Of a stretch of 64,000 nt of DNA, positions 46,492 to 56,379 are shown in pieces; the first letter of the stretch is position 1; each line of letters begins with the position of its first letter. The stretch lies in the NCBI GenBank assembly GCA_020845935.1, contig JADLEV010000048.1, forward strand, positions 24,620 through 88,619, read 5' to 3'. A program made the position numbers and the translations under genes. The notes below the pieces were generated by a model. The model did no database searches. It was not told the DNA's origin and saw nothing but the letters and a program-made list of their open reading frames with translations. Origin of the DNA: Gammaproteobacteria bacterium. GTDB lineage: Bacteria; Pseudomonadota; Gammaproteobacteria; Ga0077536.

Positions 46492-48759
46492 ATGACCGAA
46501 CGCCTCCACAATACCCTGATCGGCGCCATCCAGGCCGATGGCCTGCTGACCCGGCGCTATGCGCTGTGGCGCCGCATCAAGGATGTCCTGTTCCGCTGGC
46601 TGGTCAACGTCGGCGGCCTGCTGATCATCGCCGCGATCGGGCTGATATTCGTTTATCTGCTGTATGTCGTGGTGCCACTGTTTCGCGGCGCCAGCGCCGA
46701 GCCCGGTGCCGCGTATCCGTTGGCTGGCGCCGAGCCGCCGCTGGCGCTGGTGCTGGATGAATACGGCGAGATCGGTTTCAGCGTCGCCGCCGACGGCCGG
46801 TACCGGTTCTTTCGCACCGACTCAGGCGCCGAGATCGCGTCCGGCACGCTGCTCGACCGGGTCGGAGTGCGCCTCACCGCCGCCGCCACGACCGAACCGG
46901 CCCAGGGCATCGTCGCGCTGGGCGACTCCGAGGGCGGCGTCCGCCTGCTGCGGCTCGCCTATGACCTGAACTACCCCGACGGCAAGCGCCAAATCACGCC
47001 ACGGCTGGAATATCCGTATGGCGCCGAGCCCATCATGGTTGGAGAGCAACCCTTGCTGCGCCTCGCGGCGCGGGCCGATGAGGATGCGGCGACGATGATC
47101 ACCGCGGACGCCACCGGGCGCCTGCAGCTGACCCGTCTCGAACGCCGCGAAAACCAGTTCACCGGCGAAGTCCAGCTCGAACGCATTGCCGGCGTGCTGC
47201 CGGAGATTCCGGCGTTGATCCGCGAACTGGTGCTCGACCCGACGCAACGTTCGCTGTTCGTGCTCGATGCCACCGGCACGCTGCACCTGTTCGATGTCAC
47301 CGACCAGGCCGCACCGCAGCCGATCGACGCTGTCGATGTCCGCACCGGCGCTGCCGAGATCACCGCGCTGGGCCTTCTGAGCGGCGGGCTGTCGCTGGTG
47401 CTCGGCGATGCCGCTGGCCGGCTCGAGCAATGGTTTGCCGTGCGCGACGAGCACAACCGCTACACGCTGCGCAGGGTGCGCGAATTTCCGGCGCTGCCGA
47501 CCGCAATCAGCGGCATCGTGCCGGAGCACTATCGCAAGGGCTTTGTCGCGTTCGATCGCGGCGGCAGCTTCGGCATCTATCACGCCACCGCCGAGCGCCA
47601 GCTCGAACACCAGCCGCTGGCGCATCCGATGGCCGCGGCGGCGCTCGCGCCGCGCGCCGACCGCCTGCTCGCGGTGCATGCCGATCGCTCGGCACAGCTG
47701 TGGGCGATCGACAACCGCCATCCCGAGGTCTCGTGGCGCGCGCTGTGGGGCAAGGTCTGGTACGAGAGCCGCGCCGAACCGGAATTCATCTGGCAATCGT
47801 CGTCGGCATCGGCCGACTTCGAGCCGAAGTACAGCCTGACGCCGCTCGCCTTCGGCTCGCTCAAGGCCGCGTTCTATTCGATGCTGTTCGCGGTGCCGCT
47901 GGCAATCCTCGGCGCGATGTACACCGCCTATTTCATGAACCCGCGCCTGCGCCACTTCGTCAAGCCATCGATCGAAATCATGGCGGCGCTGCCGACCGTG
48001 ATCCTCGGTTTCCTCGCCGGCCTGTGGCTGGCGCCGTTCATCGAACGCAATCTGCTCGGCACCTTCCTGCTGCTGCTGTCGCTGCCGCTGGCCTGTCTGC
48101 TCGGCTCGCTGCTCTGGGCACGACTGCCCGAAGCGTTGACGCAGCGAACCCGTCCCGGCCTGGAGGCGCTGCTGCTGCTGCCCTTGTTCCTTGGCACCGG
48201 CTGGCTGTGCCTGCGGCTCGGCATCCCGCTCGAAGCAGCGCTGTTCGATGGCAATCTGCCGCACTGGGTGACCGAGCGGCTCGGCCTCGGCTTCGATCAG
48301 CGCAACTCGCTGGTGGTCGGCATCGCGGTCGGCGTCGCCGTCATTCCGACCATCTTTTCCATCAGCGAGGACGCCATCTACGAGGTGCCCCGGCACCTGA
48401 CGGTGGGCTCGCTCGCGCTGGGCGCGACCCGCTGGCAGACGATGCTGCGCGTCGTGCTGCTGACCGCCAGCCCCGGCATCTTCTCGGCGGTGATGATCGG
48501 CCTCGGCCGCGCGGTTGGCGAAACGATGATCGTGCTGATGGCGACCGGCAACACGCCGATCATGGACATGAATCTGTTTCAGGGCCTGCGCGCGCTGTCG
48601 GCGAACATCGCGGTCGAGATGCCCGAAGCCGAAGTTGACAGCACGCATTACCGCATCCTGTTTCTCGCGGCGCTGGTGCTGTTCTCGGTGACCTTCCTGT
48701 TCAATACGGTCGCGGAGCTGGTGCGCCAGCGGCTGCGGCAGCGATACAGCAACCTGTAG
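46492..48759 (+). CDS. pstC: phosphate ABC transporter permease PstC (long form with ~400-aa extracytoplasmic insert)
   Basis: The C-terminal 300 aa form the canonical PstC core (EDAIYEVPRHLTVGSLALGATRWQT). The N-terminal region has one TM helix and then a repeat-rich soluble domain. Confidence 0.88.
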   Translation: MTERLHNTLIGAIQADGLLTRRYALWRRIKDVLFRWLVNVGGLLIIAAIGLIFVYLLYVVVPLFRGASAEPGAAYPLAGAEPPLALVLDEYGEIGFSVAADGRYRFFRTDSGAEIASGTLLDRVGVRLTAAATTEPAQGIVALGDSEGGVRLLRLAYDLNYPDGKRQITPRLEYPYGAEPIMVGEQPLLRLAARADEDAATMITADATGRLQLTRLERRENQFTGEVQLERIAGVLPEIPALIRELVLDPTQRSLFVLDATGTLHLFDVTDQAAPQPIDAVDVRTGAAEITALGLLSGGLSLVLGDAAGRLEQWFAVRDEHNRYTLRRVREFPALPTAISGIVPEHYRKGFVAFDRGGSFGIYHATAERQLEHQPLAHPMAAAALAPRADRLLAVHADRSAQLWAIDNRHPEVSWRALWGKVWYESRAEPEFIWQSSSASADFEPKYSLTPLAFGSLKAAFYSMLFAVPLAILGAMYTAYFMNPRLRHFVKPSIEIMAALPTVILGFLAGLWLAPFIERNLLGTFLLLLSLPLACLLGSLLWARLPEALTQRTRPGLEALLLLPLFLGTGWLCLRLGIPLEAALFDGNLPHWVTERLGLGFDQRNSLVVGIAVGVAVIPTIFSISEDAIYEVPRHLTVGSLALGATRWQTMLRVVLLTASPGIFSAVMIGLGRAVGETMIVLMATGNTPIMDMNLFQGLRALSANIAVEMPEAEVDSTHYRILFLAALVLFSVTFLFNTVAELVRQRLRQRYSNL

Positions 48760-48770
48760 GCGGACACGGC

Positions 48771-50426
48771 ATGCACGGGCCTCGGCAAAACTGGATGCAA
48801 TCGGGAGCGCCCTGGATCTGGCTGACCGCGGGCGCGGTCAGCGTGTCGCTGCTGATCGTGTTCGGCCTGCTTGGGCTGATCATCTGGAATGGCCTCGGCC
48901 ACTTCTGGCCCGCACCGGTCGCGGCCTTCGCCAGTGACCGCGGCGCCACCCAGGTGCTCGGCCAGATCACTGGCGAGGAAACCGTGCCGCGCCATATCCT
49001 GACCGACGCCGGCGAGCCGGTGCCGGAAGGCATGATGCTGGTCCGCCGCTATCTGGTGAAGAGCGGCAATCGCGAGCTGCAGGGCGCCGATTTCGCCTGG
49101 TACGTGGAGCCGGCGATGGGGCCGATCAGCTTTCCGGCCGATGCCGTGGTCCTGGAACGCGAGGACTGGGGCAATTTCTACGGCTATCTGGTCGCGATCA
49201 AGGAGCAGGGCGTGACGCTCGCCGCCGATGCGGCGTTGTGGCCGGAGCTGACCGCCCGGCTGGCCCGCCGCCACGAGCTGCGCGATCGGGTCCGCAGCAT
49301 CGAGCGCGATGCCATCGGCGCGATCAACTACGCCCTCGAACAACTGCGGCTCGACCGGCGCACGCTGGAACTCGCCGGCAACGCCGGCGCGGCCGAGCTT
49401 GAGGCCATCACCGTCAGGGAACGGGCGCTGGAACAGCGGTACGCGACGCAAGCCGCCGAACTCGCCACGCTGCGGCAGGAGTTGGCGCGCGATGCCCTCG
49501 TCATCCGCACCGCGGCCGGTGCCGAAGTCGAGCTGCCGCTAACGAAAATCGTGCGCGCCTATCGCCCGAATGCGATGGGCCTGTTCGCGAAACTCGGCCA
49601 TTACGCCGGCAAGGTGCATGAATTCATCCTCGACGACCCGCGCGAAGCGAACACCGAGGGCGGTATCTTCCCGGCAATCTTCGGCACCGTACTGCTGGTG
49701 ATCGTGATGTCGATCTTCGTCACGCCGCTGGGGATCATCGCCGCCGTCTATCTGCGCGAATACGCGCGGCAGAATCTGCTGACGCGGCTGGTGCGCATCG
49801 CCGTGAACAACCTGGCCGGGGTGCCGTCGATCGTCTACGGGGTGTTCGGCCTCGGCTTCTTCGTCTATTTCCTCGGCGGATCGATCGATCAACTGTTCTA
49901 TGCCGAGCGGTTGCCGATACCGACCTTCGGCACGCCGGGCATGCTCTGGTCATCGTTGACGCTGGCGTTGCTGACCGTACCCGTGGTGATTGTCGCGACC
50001 GAGGAAGGACTGACCCGCGTGCCGCGCGCGATCCGCGAAGGCAGCCTGGCGCTCGGCGCGACCCAGGCCGAGACGCTGCTGCGCACGGTGTTGCCGATGG
50101 CGACGCCGGCGATGATCACCGGGCTGATCCTCGCCGTTGCCCGTGCCGCCGGAGAGGTCGCGCCGCTGATGATGGTCGGCGTCGTCAAGCTGGCCCCAGC
50201 GCTGCCGCTCGATGGCAATCCGCCGTTCCTGCATCTCGACCGCAAGTTCATGCACCTCGGCTTCCACATCTACGACGTCGGCTTCCAGAGCCCCAACGTG
50301 GAAGCGGCCAGACCGCTCGTCTATGCTACGGCGCTGCTGCTGGTGCTCGTCATCGTTACCCTGAACCTGGCAGCAATCGCGCTGCGCCAGCGGTTGCGCA
50401 AGGCGTACAGCGCCGCCGACACCTAG
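48771..50426 (+). CDS. pstA: phosphate ABC transporter permease PstA (long form)
   Basis: The EEGLTRVPRAIREGSLALGATQAETL (EAA loop) permease core follows an N-terminal extension. Confidence 0.88.
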   Translation: MHGPRQNWMQSGAPWIWLTAGAVSVSLLIVFGLLGLIIWNGLGHFWPAPVAAFASDRGATQVLGQITGEETVPRHILTDAGEPVPEGMMLVRRYLVKSGNRELQGADFAWYVEPAMGPISFPADAVVLEREDWGNFYGYLVAIKEQGVTLAADAALWPELTARLARRHELRDRVRSIERDAIGAINYALEQLRLDRRTLELAGNAGAAELEAITVRERALEQRYATQAAELATLRQELARDALVIRTAAGAEVELPLTKIVRAYRPNAMGLFAKLGHYAGKVHEFILDDPREANTEGGIFPAIFGTVLLVIVMSIFVTPLGIIAAVYLREYARQNLLTRLVRIAVNNLAGVPSIVYGVFGLGFFVYFLGGSIDQLFYAERLPIPTFGTPGMLWSSLTLALLTVPVVIVATEEGLTRVPRAIREGSLALGATQAETLLRTVLPMATPAMITGLILAVARAAGEVAPLMMVGVVKLAPALPLDGNPPFLHLDRKFMHLGFHIYDVGFQSPNVEAARPLVYATALLLVLVIVTLNLAAIALRQRLRKAYSAADT

Positions 50427-50441
50427 GCCGAAATTCCGACC

Positions 50442-51302
50442 ATGACCAACGATCAAGAACGCCCCGCCGCCGACTCCGCCGTGGATACCCGCCCGCTGCC
50501 GCCGCGCGACCGCCGCGTGGCCGGCCCGTCGCCGGCGCCGGAGACGATCGAGGAATGCATCGCCGTCCGCGATCTGAATCTCTATTACGGCGACAAGAAG
50601 GCACTGGCCGGCGTCAACCTGTCGGTCGGCAAGAACCGGGTCACCGCGTTCATCGGCCCGAGCGGTTGCGGCAAATCGACCCTGCTGCGTTGTTTCAATC
50701 GCATGAACGATCTGATTGAAGGAGTCCGCATCGAGGGCCGCATCGAGCTGCACGGCCGGAACATCTTCGATCAATCGGTCGATGTCGCCGCCTTGCGCCG
50801 CAAGGTCGGCATGGTGTTCCAGAAGCCGAACCCGTTTCCGAAATCGATCTTCGAGAACGTCGCCTATGGCCTGCGCATCCAGGGCGTGAAGCAGCGCCGC
50901 ATTCTGAATCGCGTCGTCGAGAAGGCGTTGCGCGGAGCGGCATTGTGGGACGAGGTCAAGGATCGGCTGCACGAAAACGCGCTTGGTCTGTCCGGCGGCC
51001 AGCAGCAGCGGCTGGTGATCGCCCGCGCCATCGCCATCGAGCCGGAAATCCTGTTGCTCGACGAGCCGGCCTCGGCGCTGGATCCGATCTCGACCCTGAA
51101 GATCGAGGAACTGATCTACGAACTCAAGGAGCAGTACACGATCGTGATCGTTACCCACAACATGCAACAGGCGGCGCGGGTTTCCGATTTCACCGCTTTC
51201 ATGTATCTCGGGGAACTGGTCGAGTTCGGCAGGACCAAAACATTGTTCACGACGCCGCGCAATCGGCGCACCGAGGACTACATCACCGGCCGTTACGGTT
51301 GA
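50442..51302 (+). CDS. pstB: phosphate ABC transporter ATP-binding protein
   Basis: [35 protein letters not shown] and the typical PstB C-terminus EDYITGRYG. Confidence 0.95.
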   Translation: MTNDQERPAADSAVDTRPLPPRDRRVAGPSPAPETIEECIAVRDLNLYYGDKKALAGVNLSVGKNRVTAFIGPSGCGKSTLLRCFNRMNDLIEGVRIEGRIELHGRNIFDQSVDVAALRRKVGMVFQKPNPFPKSIFENVAYGLRIQGVKQRRILNRVVEKALRGAALWDEVKDRLHENALGLSGGQQQRLVIARAIAIEPEILLLDEPASALDPISTLKIEELIYELKEQYTIVIVTHNMQQAARVSDFTAFMYLGELVEFGRTKTLFTTPRNRRTEDYITGRYG

Positions 51303-51376
51303 CGGACACCAGTGAGCGACGCGGCGCGCGGCGGCTCGGCAGTCGCCGCCGCGCGCCCGACGCGAGGACAGCAACG

Positions 51377-52093
51377 ATGGCAAGCCAACGCTTCACGCAT
51401 CACATCTCGCAACAGTTCGACAATGAGCTGGAGGCGATCCGATCCCGTGTGCTCGACATGGGAGGCCTCATCGAGGATCACCTGAACAAGGTGCTCGAAG
51501 CCCTGTCGAACGCCGACGCCGATCTCGCCGAGGACGTCGCCAACCGCGACGATCAGGGCAACGCCTACGAAACCGAAATCGACGAGCGCTGTACCGAGAT
51601 TCTGCTGCGCCGCCAGCCGGCGGCGAGCGATCTGCGGCTGGTGCTCGCGGTCAGCAAGACCATCACCGATCTGGAACGTGTCGGCGATGAGGTCGAGAAG
51701 ATCGGCCGCATCGTGCTGAATCTGGTCACCGCCGACGTACCGCGCTCGTTTTACCTCAGCCTGCTGTCGATCGGGCACCACGTGAAGCGCACACTGCACC
51801 GCGCGCTTGATACCTTCGCCCGCACCGACAGCCATGCCGCGGTCCAGGTTGCCGGCGTCGATCCGGAGATCGACGAGGAAACCAACGCCATCATGCGGCA
51901 GATGATCACCTACGTGCTGGAAGACCCGCGCAGCATCACGCGCGTGCTGGACATCGTGCTCGCCGCCCGCGCCTTCGAGCGCATCGGCGATCACGCCAAC
52001 AACATCTGCGAGAATGTCATCTACTACGTTGAAGGCAAGAACGTGCGCCACACGGCACTGGAAGACATCGAGCGCGAAATCGGCACCGAATGA
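51377..52093 (+). CDS. phoU: phosphate signalling complex protein PhoU
   Basis: 238 aa starting at the ATG at 51377 (residue 145 of track ORF 50945..). Duplicated PhoU helical repeats (ITDLERVGDE / ARAFERIGDHANN). Confidence 0.92.
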   Translation: MASQRFTHHISQQFDNELEAIRSRVLDMGGLIEDHLNKVLEALSNADADLAEDVANRDDQGNAYETEIDERCTEILLRRQPAASDLRLVLAVSKTITDLERVGDEVEKIGRIVLNLVTADVPRSFYLSLLSIGHHVKRTLHRALDTFARTDSHAAVQVAGVDPEIDEETNAIMRQMITYVLEDPRSITRVLDIVLAARAFERIGDHANNICENVIYYVEGKNVRHTALEDIEREIGTE

Positions 52094-52100
52094 GCTTGAG

Positions 52101-52166
52101 GTCTGCACAAGTCCGTCCTGGACTTGTGCAGACTCGCCCGGGCCGGTGCCCGTCCCGGGCTCCGCC
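52101..52166 (+). repeat. intergenic repeat family, copy C (perfect 14-bp hairpin; probable bidirectional terminator for phoU/phoR)
   Basis: GTCTGCACAAGTCC-GTCCT-GGACTTGTGCAGAC followed by TCGCCCGGGCCGG..CCCGGGCTCCGCC. It starts 8 nt after the phoU stop, in the convergent spacer with phoR. Confidence 0.7.
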
Positions 52167-52243
52167 GAATCAGGCACTACGGTGTGTGATTCGCGGGCGT
52201 GCCAGCCATGGCACGCGGCAGCTCTGACTGAGGCAGCGCTTCC

Positions 52244-53560
52244 TTAACCCGTCGCCGCACCCGCGTTCGCTGTTGCCGCGACGATCCGTTGCGGCGGGAA
52301 ATCGCAGCGGAACAGACTGCCCCGACCCTCCTCGCTCTCGATGTGCAGGGTTGCGTCGTGGCGCTGCAGCACGTGCTTGACGATGGCGAGCCCCAGACCC
52401 GTGCCGCCGCGGGTGCGTGCCCGACCGCTGTCGACGCGATAGAACCGCTCGGTGATGCGCGCCAGGTGCTGTGCCGGAATGCCGACCCCTTCGTCCCGGA
52501 CCTCCATGTGCGCACCGGTCTCGTCCCGATACCAGCGGAGCCGGATCACACCGCGCGGCGGCGTGTAGGTGACGGCGTTGAAGACGATGTTCGAGAAAGC
52601 GCTGTACAGCTCGCGCGGATTGCCGCTCAGATACAGGTTCGGATCGATCTCCAGCGAAAACAGATGCGCGTGCTCGCCGCTCAGCCGGGTCGCCTCGCGC
52701 TGCAGGTCGGACAGCAGTTCCGGCACCATCACCGTTTCCGGCGCGGTCGCCGTGCCGCGCTGTTCCAGCCGGGACAGCAGCAACAGCTCCTCGATGATCG
52801 ATTGCATCCGGCTCGCGTGCAGATTGAGCTGTTCCAGTACCGGCCGCCACTCGGGCGGAGCGCGGTCCTGCTGCGCTTCCAGCGCTTCGAGGTAGCCGCG
52901 AAATACCGTCACCGGCGTGCGCAGTTCATGCGACACGTTGGCGACGAAATCGCTGCGGCTCTGATGCGCGATCTGCAGCTCGGTAACATCGCGGGCGACC
53001 AGCAACCATTCGTCATCGCCATAGGCGGCGAGACGGATGTTCAGATAGATGGTGGCGTCGACCGGCGACACCATGTCCAGCGTCGCATCGCCATCGAGCC
53101 GTTCCAGGAACACGCGGAACTCCGGCTTGCGCACGAGATTGGTGACCCGCTCGTCGAGATCGTTCGGCCAGCGCACGCCGAGGATCCGTTCCGCCGCGAG
53201 GTTGGCCCACTTGACCCGGGCCTTGCCGTCCAGCACCACGGTCGCATCCGGCAGCGCGCGGGCCGCCTGGCGGAACTGGTGCAGATAGCGCGACAGCTTC
53301 TTCTTGCGTTTCTTGTTCCGCTCGCGCAGCCGATCGATTTCGATGCAGATGCCTTCGAAGACGCCGAACTGCTCCGGCGGCGCGCTGGCATCGGAACCTC
53401 GCCGCAGCCAGCGCAGCAGGCGACGCAGATTGCGCTGTTGCCACAGCACGCAGAGCAGGGCCGCAACGAACAGGCCCGCGAGCGGTTGCCCGGCCAGGGC
53501 ACCGAGCAGCCAGGCCCCGAGCAACAACGCGAGCAGGCGAATCAGATCAGCGGATAGCAT
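52244..53560 (-). CDS. phoR: phosphate regulon sensor histidine kinase PhoR
   Basis: H-box SHELRTPVT and G-box GGTGLGLAIVKH. N-terminal TM region followed by PAS. The ATG at 53560 (GAGGAC SD 5 nt upstream) is preferred over the track's GTG at 53587. Confidence 0.9.
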   Translation of the reverse strand: MLSADLIRLLALLLGAWLLGALAGQPLAGLFVAALLCVLWQQRNLRRLLRWLRRGSDASAPPEQFGVFEGICIEIDRLRERNKKRKKKLSRYLHQFRQAARALPDATVVLDGKARVKWANLAAERILGVRWPNDLDERVTNLVRKPEFRVFLERLDGDATLDMVSPVDATIYLNIRLAAYGDDEWLLVARDVTELQIAHQSRSDFVANVSHELRTPVTVFRGYLEALEAQQDRAPPEWRPVLEQLNLHASRMQSIIEELLLLSRLEQRGTATAPETVMVPELLSDLQREATRLSGEHAHLFSLEIDPNLYLSGNPRELYSAFSNIVFNAVTYTPPRGVIRLRWYRDETGAHMEVRDEGVGIPAQHLARITERFYRVDSGRARTRGGTGLGLAIVKHVLQRHDATLHIESEEGRGSLFRCDFPPQRIVAATANAGAATG

Positions 53561-53619
53561 CGAGTCCTCAACAGGCCGTGGCGCCACGCCGGCAGCCGGT
53601 CAAGGACGGCCAGTCGCCG

Positions 53620-54312
53620 TTAGTCCGGCTCGCGAGCAAAGCGGTAGCCGACCCCGCGTACCGTCTGCACGTGACGGTCGAAGCCGCTGGCGCTCAGCAG
53701 CTTGCGCAGCCGTCGGATGTGGACATCGACGGTGCGTTCCTCGATGAACCGGTTGTCGCCCCAAACACTATCCAACAGTTGGGTCCGTGTGTAAATCCGC
53801 TCGGGGTGGGTCATGAAGAACTGCAACAGGCGGAATTCGGCACGACTCAGATTCAGCGGTTTGCCGTCGATGGTGACACGATAGCTCTGCGCGTCGATCT
53901 TCAGGCCATTTAGTTCGAGATTTTCCGCCTGTGCCTCGATATCGACCCGGCGCAGCACGGCGCGAATGCGCGCCAGCAGTTCGCGCGTCGAAAAGGGTTT
54001 GGTGACATAGTCGTCGGCGCCACTGTCGAGGCCGCGCACCTTCTCCGTTTCCTCGGCGAGCGCGGTGAGCATGATGATCGGGATCTGGTTGGTCTTCGGA
54101 TCCCTTTTCAGGCGCCGCGCCAGATCGACCCCGGACAGGCCGGGCAGCATCCAGTCGAGCAGAATCAAATCGGGCGGATTCTGTTGCACCACGGCCAGCG
54201 CGGCCTGGGCGTCGCCGGCCTCGGTACTCTGATAGCCGTCGCTGGCAATGGCGAAGCCGAGCATCTGCCGGATGCCCGGTTCATCGTCGACGATCAGGAT
54301 ATTCACACCCAT
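53620..54312 (-). CDS. phoB: phosphate regulon response regulator PhoB
   Basis: Receiver domain (ILIVDDE, LLDWMLPG) and OmpR winged helix (RTVDVHIRRLRKLL, VRGVGYRF). Confidence 0.93.
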   Translation of the reverse strand: MGVNILIVDDEPGIRQMLGFAIASDGYQSTEAGDAQAALAVVQQNPPDLILLDWMLPGLSGVDLARRLKRDPKTNQIPIIMLTALAEETEKVRGLDSGADDYVTKPFSTRELLARIRAVLRRVDIEAQAENLELNGLKIDAQSYRVTIDGKPLNLSRAEFRLLQFFMTHPERIYTRTQLLDSVWGDNRFIEERTVDVHIRRLRKLLSASGFDRHVQTVRGVGYRFAREPD

Positions 54313-54381
54313 GAGGCGCTACCGAATGCACGTTGCAACGACGTGATGGTTACCCATACCGGGCGATTGTCAGGGGTTCAT

Positions 54382-54399
54382 GTGACGAAGTCATGACAT
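54382..54399 (-). promoter_or_regulatory. Pho box upstream of phoBR
   Basis: The minus strand reads ATGTCAT-GACT-TCGTCAC. Ten nt downstream is the -10-like GACAAT (54371-54366). The phoB ATG is at 54312. Confidence 0.5.
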
Positions 54400-54413
54400 G
54401 CCGCGGCGCCAGT

Positions 54414-54442
54414 CTGTCATGAAACGGTCATCAAACGGCAAC
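54414..54442 (+). promoter_or_regulatory. Pho box (2-3 direct heptamers) upstream of the porin gene
   Basis: CTGTCAT-GAAA-CGGTCAT-CAAA-CGGCAAC with 11-bp periodicity. The -10-like AGAATT at 54443-54448 lies 11 nt after the second heptamer. Confidence 0.6.
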
Positions 54443-54506
54443 AGAATTGCGACACCCCGACCGCTCCGGTCGCGACGATGACATTCAACATTCCGAGGAA
54501 AACATC

Positions 54507-55775
54507 ATGCCCTGCCAGAGAATCCGCGGGCCGCTGCTTGCCGGCGCAGTGGTCCTGACCCCAGCACTGGCGCTGGCCGACAACGTGACCCTGCTGCAAT
54601 TGCTGGAAGTATTGCGGGACAACGGCACCATCAGTGCCGAAGCCTATCAGGCGCTGCGGCAGAGCGCGCAGCAGGAACCCGCGGCCGCAACCGGCGCCGC
54701 GACGGGGAACGAGATCACACCGGCCACGGCGCAGCGTCCGGTCGCGCCGAGTGCGCAGCCCGTCGCGGTTGCTGCCGCGACGGCGATACCGGGCCTGAAG
54801 ATCAGCGGGGACCTGCGCTACCGGCACGAGATGATCGATCCCGCGGGGGTTCCCGAAGCGACCCGACATCGCATCCGCGCCAGGCTCGACCTCGCCGGTC
54901 GGGTCAGCGACACCGTGACCGCCGGCATGAAGCTCTCGACCGGCGGCGACGATCCCGTCTCCGGCAACCAGACGCTCGACGGCGGCATGTCGCGCAAGGA
55001 CATCGGCCTCGATCAGGCCTGGTTCCGCTGGCAGCCAGGCAAGGGCGTCAGCGTCACCGGCGGCAAGTTCGGGACACCCTTCGTGCGCGCCGGCAACTAC
55101 CCGCTGATCTTCGATGGCGACCTCAATCCGGAAGGACTGGCGCTGTCGTATGCGTCGGGCGCGCTGTATCTCAACACCGCCGGATACTGGGTCGAGGAGC
55201 GCCGCGGCGCGAAGGATTCGGTGATGCTGGGAACGCAAGCCGGCCTGAAGACCACCTGGCAGGGGGTCGGCGTGCAGGCCGGCATGTCGTATTACGACTA
55301 CCTGCACACCCGCGGCCGGACTCCGTTCCATTCCGGCGCCGACGAAGGCAACACGCTGCTCGGCGGTCGCTATGCCAACGACTTCGATTTGCTGGAGGGG
55401 TTCGCCGAATTCGAGTTCAAGGTCGCCGGCCAACCGCTGCGCGTGTATGGCAGCTATGTCAGCAATCTCGCGGCCAGCCGCTTCAGCGACGGCTATGTCG
55501 CCGGCGTCACCTTCGGCAGGGCCAGCGCCGCCAACACCTGGGAATTCGGTTACGCCTTCCAGGACCTGTCGGCCGACGCGGTCATCGGCGCATTCACCGA
55601 TTCGGATTTCGGCGGCGGCGGCGCTGACACCCGTGGCCACGTCTTCAAGATCGGTTATGCGCTCGCTCCGAGCTGGGGCCTGTCGCTGACCTATTTCAAC
55701 AACGATGTCGGCGGCGACGCCGGCACCGCGGCGGGCTACCAGCGCCTCCAGGCCGACGTGAATTTCAAGTTCTAG
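54507..55775 (+). CDS. outer-membrane porin (putative-porin family), Pho-box preceded
   Basis: The start is the ATG at 54507 (GAGGAAAA SD). Signal peptide ending ALALA, an N-terminal coiled-coil segment, alternating beta-strand pattern, and a C-terminal ...LQADVNFKF with terminal Phe. Confidence 0.75.
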   Translation: MPCQRIRGPLLAGAVVLTPALALADNVTLLQLLEVLRDNGTISAEAYQALRQSAQQEPAAATGAATGNEITPATAQRPVAPSAQPVAVAAATAIPGLKISGDLRYRHEMIDPAGVPEATRHRIRARLDLAGRVSDTVTAGMKLSTGGDDPVSGNQTLDGGMSRKDIGLDQAWFRWQPGKGVSVTGGKFGTPFVRAGNYPLIFDGDLNPEGLALSYASGALYLNTAGYWVEERRGAKDSVMLGTQAGLKTTWQGVGVQAGMSYYDYLHTRGRTPFHSGADEGNTLLGGRYANDFDLLEGFAEFEFKVAGQPLRVYGSYVSNLAASRFSDGYVAGVTFGRASAANTWEFGYAFQDLSADAVIGAFTDSDFGGGGADTRGHVFKIGYALAPSWGLSLTYFNNDVGGDAGTAAGYQRLQADVNFKF

Positions 55776-55782
55776 TCGGTCT

Positions 55783-55811
55783 CCGCACACGTCCTGGACG
55801 GGCTTGTGCGG
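55783..55811 (+). terminator. imperfect hairpin after the porin gene, distantly related to the repeat-family hairpin (copy E?)
   Basis: CCGCACACGTCC..GGACGGGCTTGTGCGG starts 8 nt after the stop. There is no T-run. The relation to copies A-C is weak. Confidence 0.35.
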
Positions 55812-56090
55812 CGTCGGCTGGCCCGGCACACCGAGCAGGGGTGAGGTCTTCCCAATGAAACCGAGGCGCCCAGCCCACACCTCCGGCCTGCACCGATCCG
55901 CGCCTTCGGCTAGGTTATGACACCGGACCGACACTTCGACAGCGGTCGGACGCTGGCCACCGCCGCGTCGCGTGGGAAGCCGGGATCGGTTTCGCAGGTG
56001 ACGGCAGGCAGCCACCTCGGTTGCGCTGTCGCGTGCCGGCCGGAACAGCCAAGGATTGCATCACCTACCAGACTTCAAGGAGGAATCGAT

Positions 56091-56372
56091 ATGTCCCACT
56101 GGAAACATCTGCTGTTGGCACTGCTCTGCAGTGCGTCGCTGGCCGCGACCGCGGCGGACCGCGTCAACATCAATACCGCCAATGCCGAGCAGCTGGCCGC
56201 GGTCATCGATGGCATCGGCCCGGCCAAGGCCCAGGCGATCATCGAATACCGCGAGAAGCATGGGCCGTTCAAGAGCATCGAGGATTTGGCGCTCGTGCGC
56301 GGCATCGGCGAAAGCACGCTGAAGAAGAATCGCGATCGCCTCGCCCTCGACGACAAGAGCCCGGCGAAATAG
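56091..56372 (+). CDS. comEA: ComEA-family helix-hairpin-helix DNA-binding protein
   Basis: 93 aa starting at the ATG at 56091 (AGGAGGAA SD). Signal peptide, then INTANAEQLAAVIDGIGPAKAQAIIEYREKHGPF. Confidence 0.85.
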   Translation: MSHWKHLLLALLCSASLAATAADRVNINTANAEQLAAVIDGIGPAKAQAIIEYREKHGPFKSIEDLALVRGIGESTLKKNRDRLALDDKSPAK

Positions 56373-56379
56373 CGTCCCC

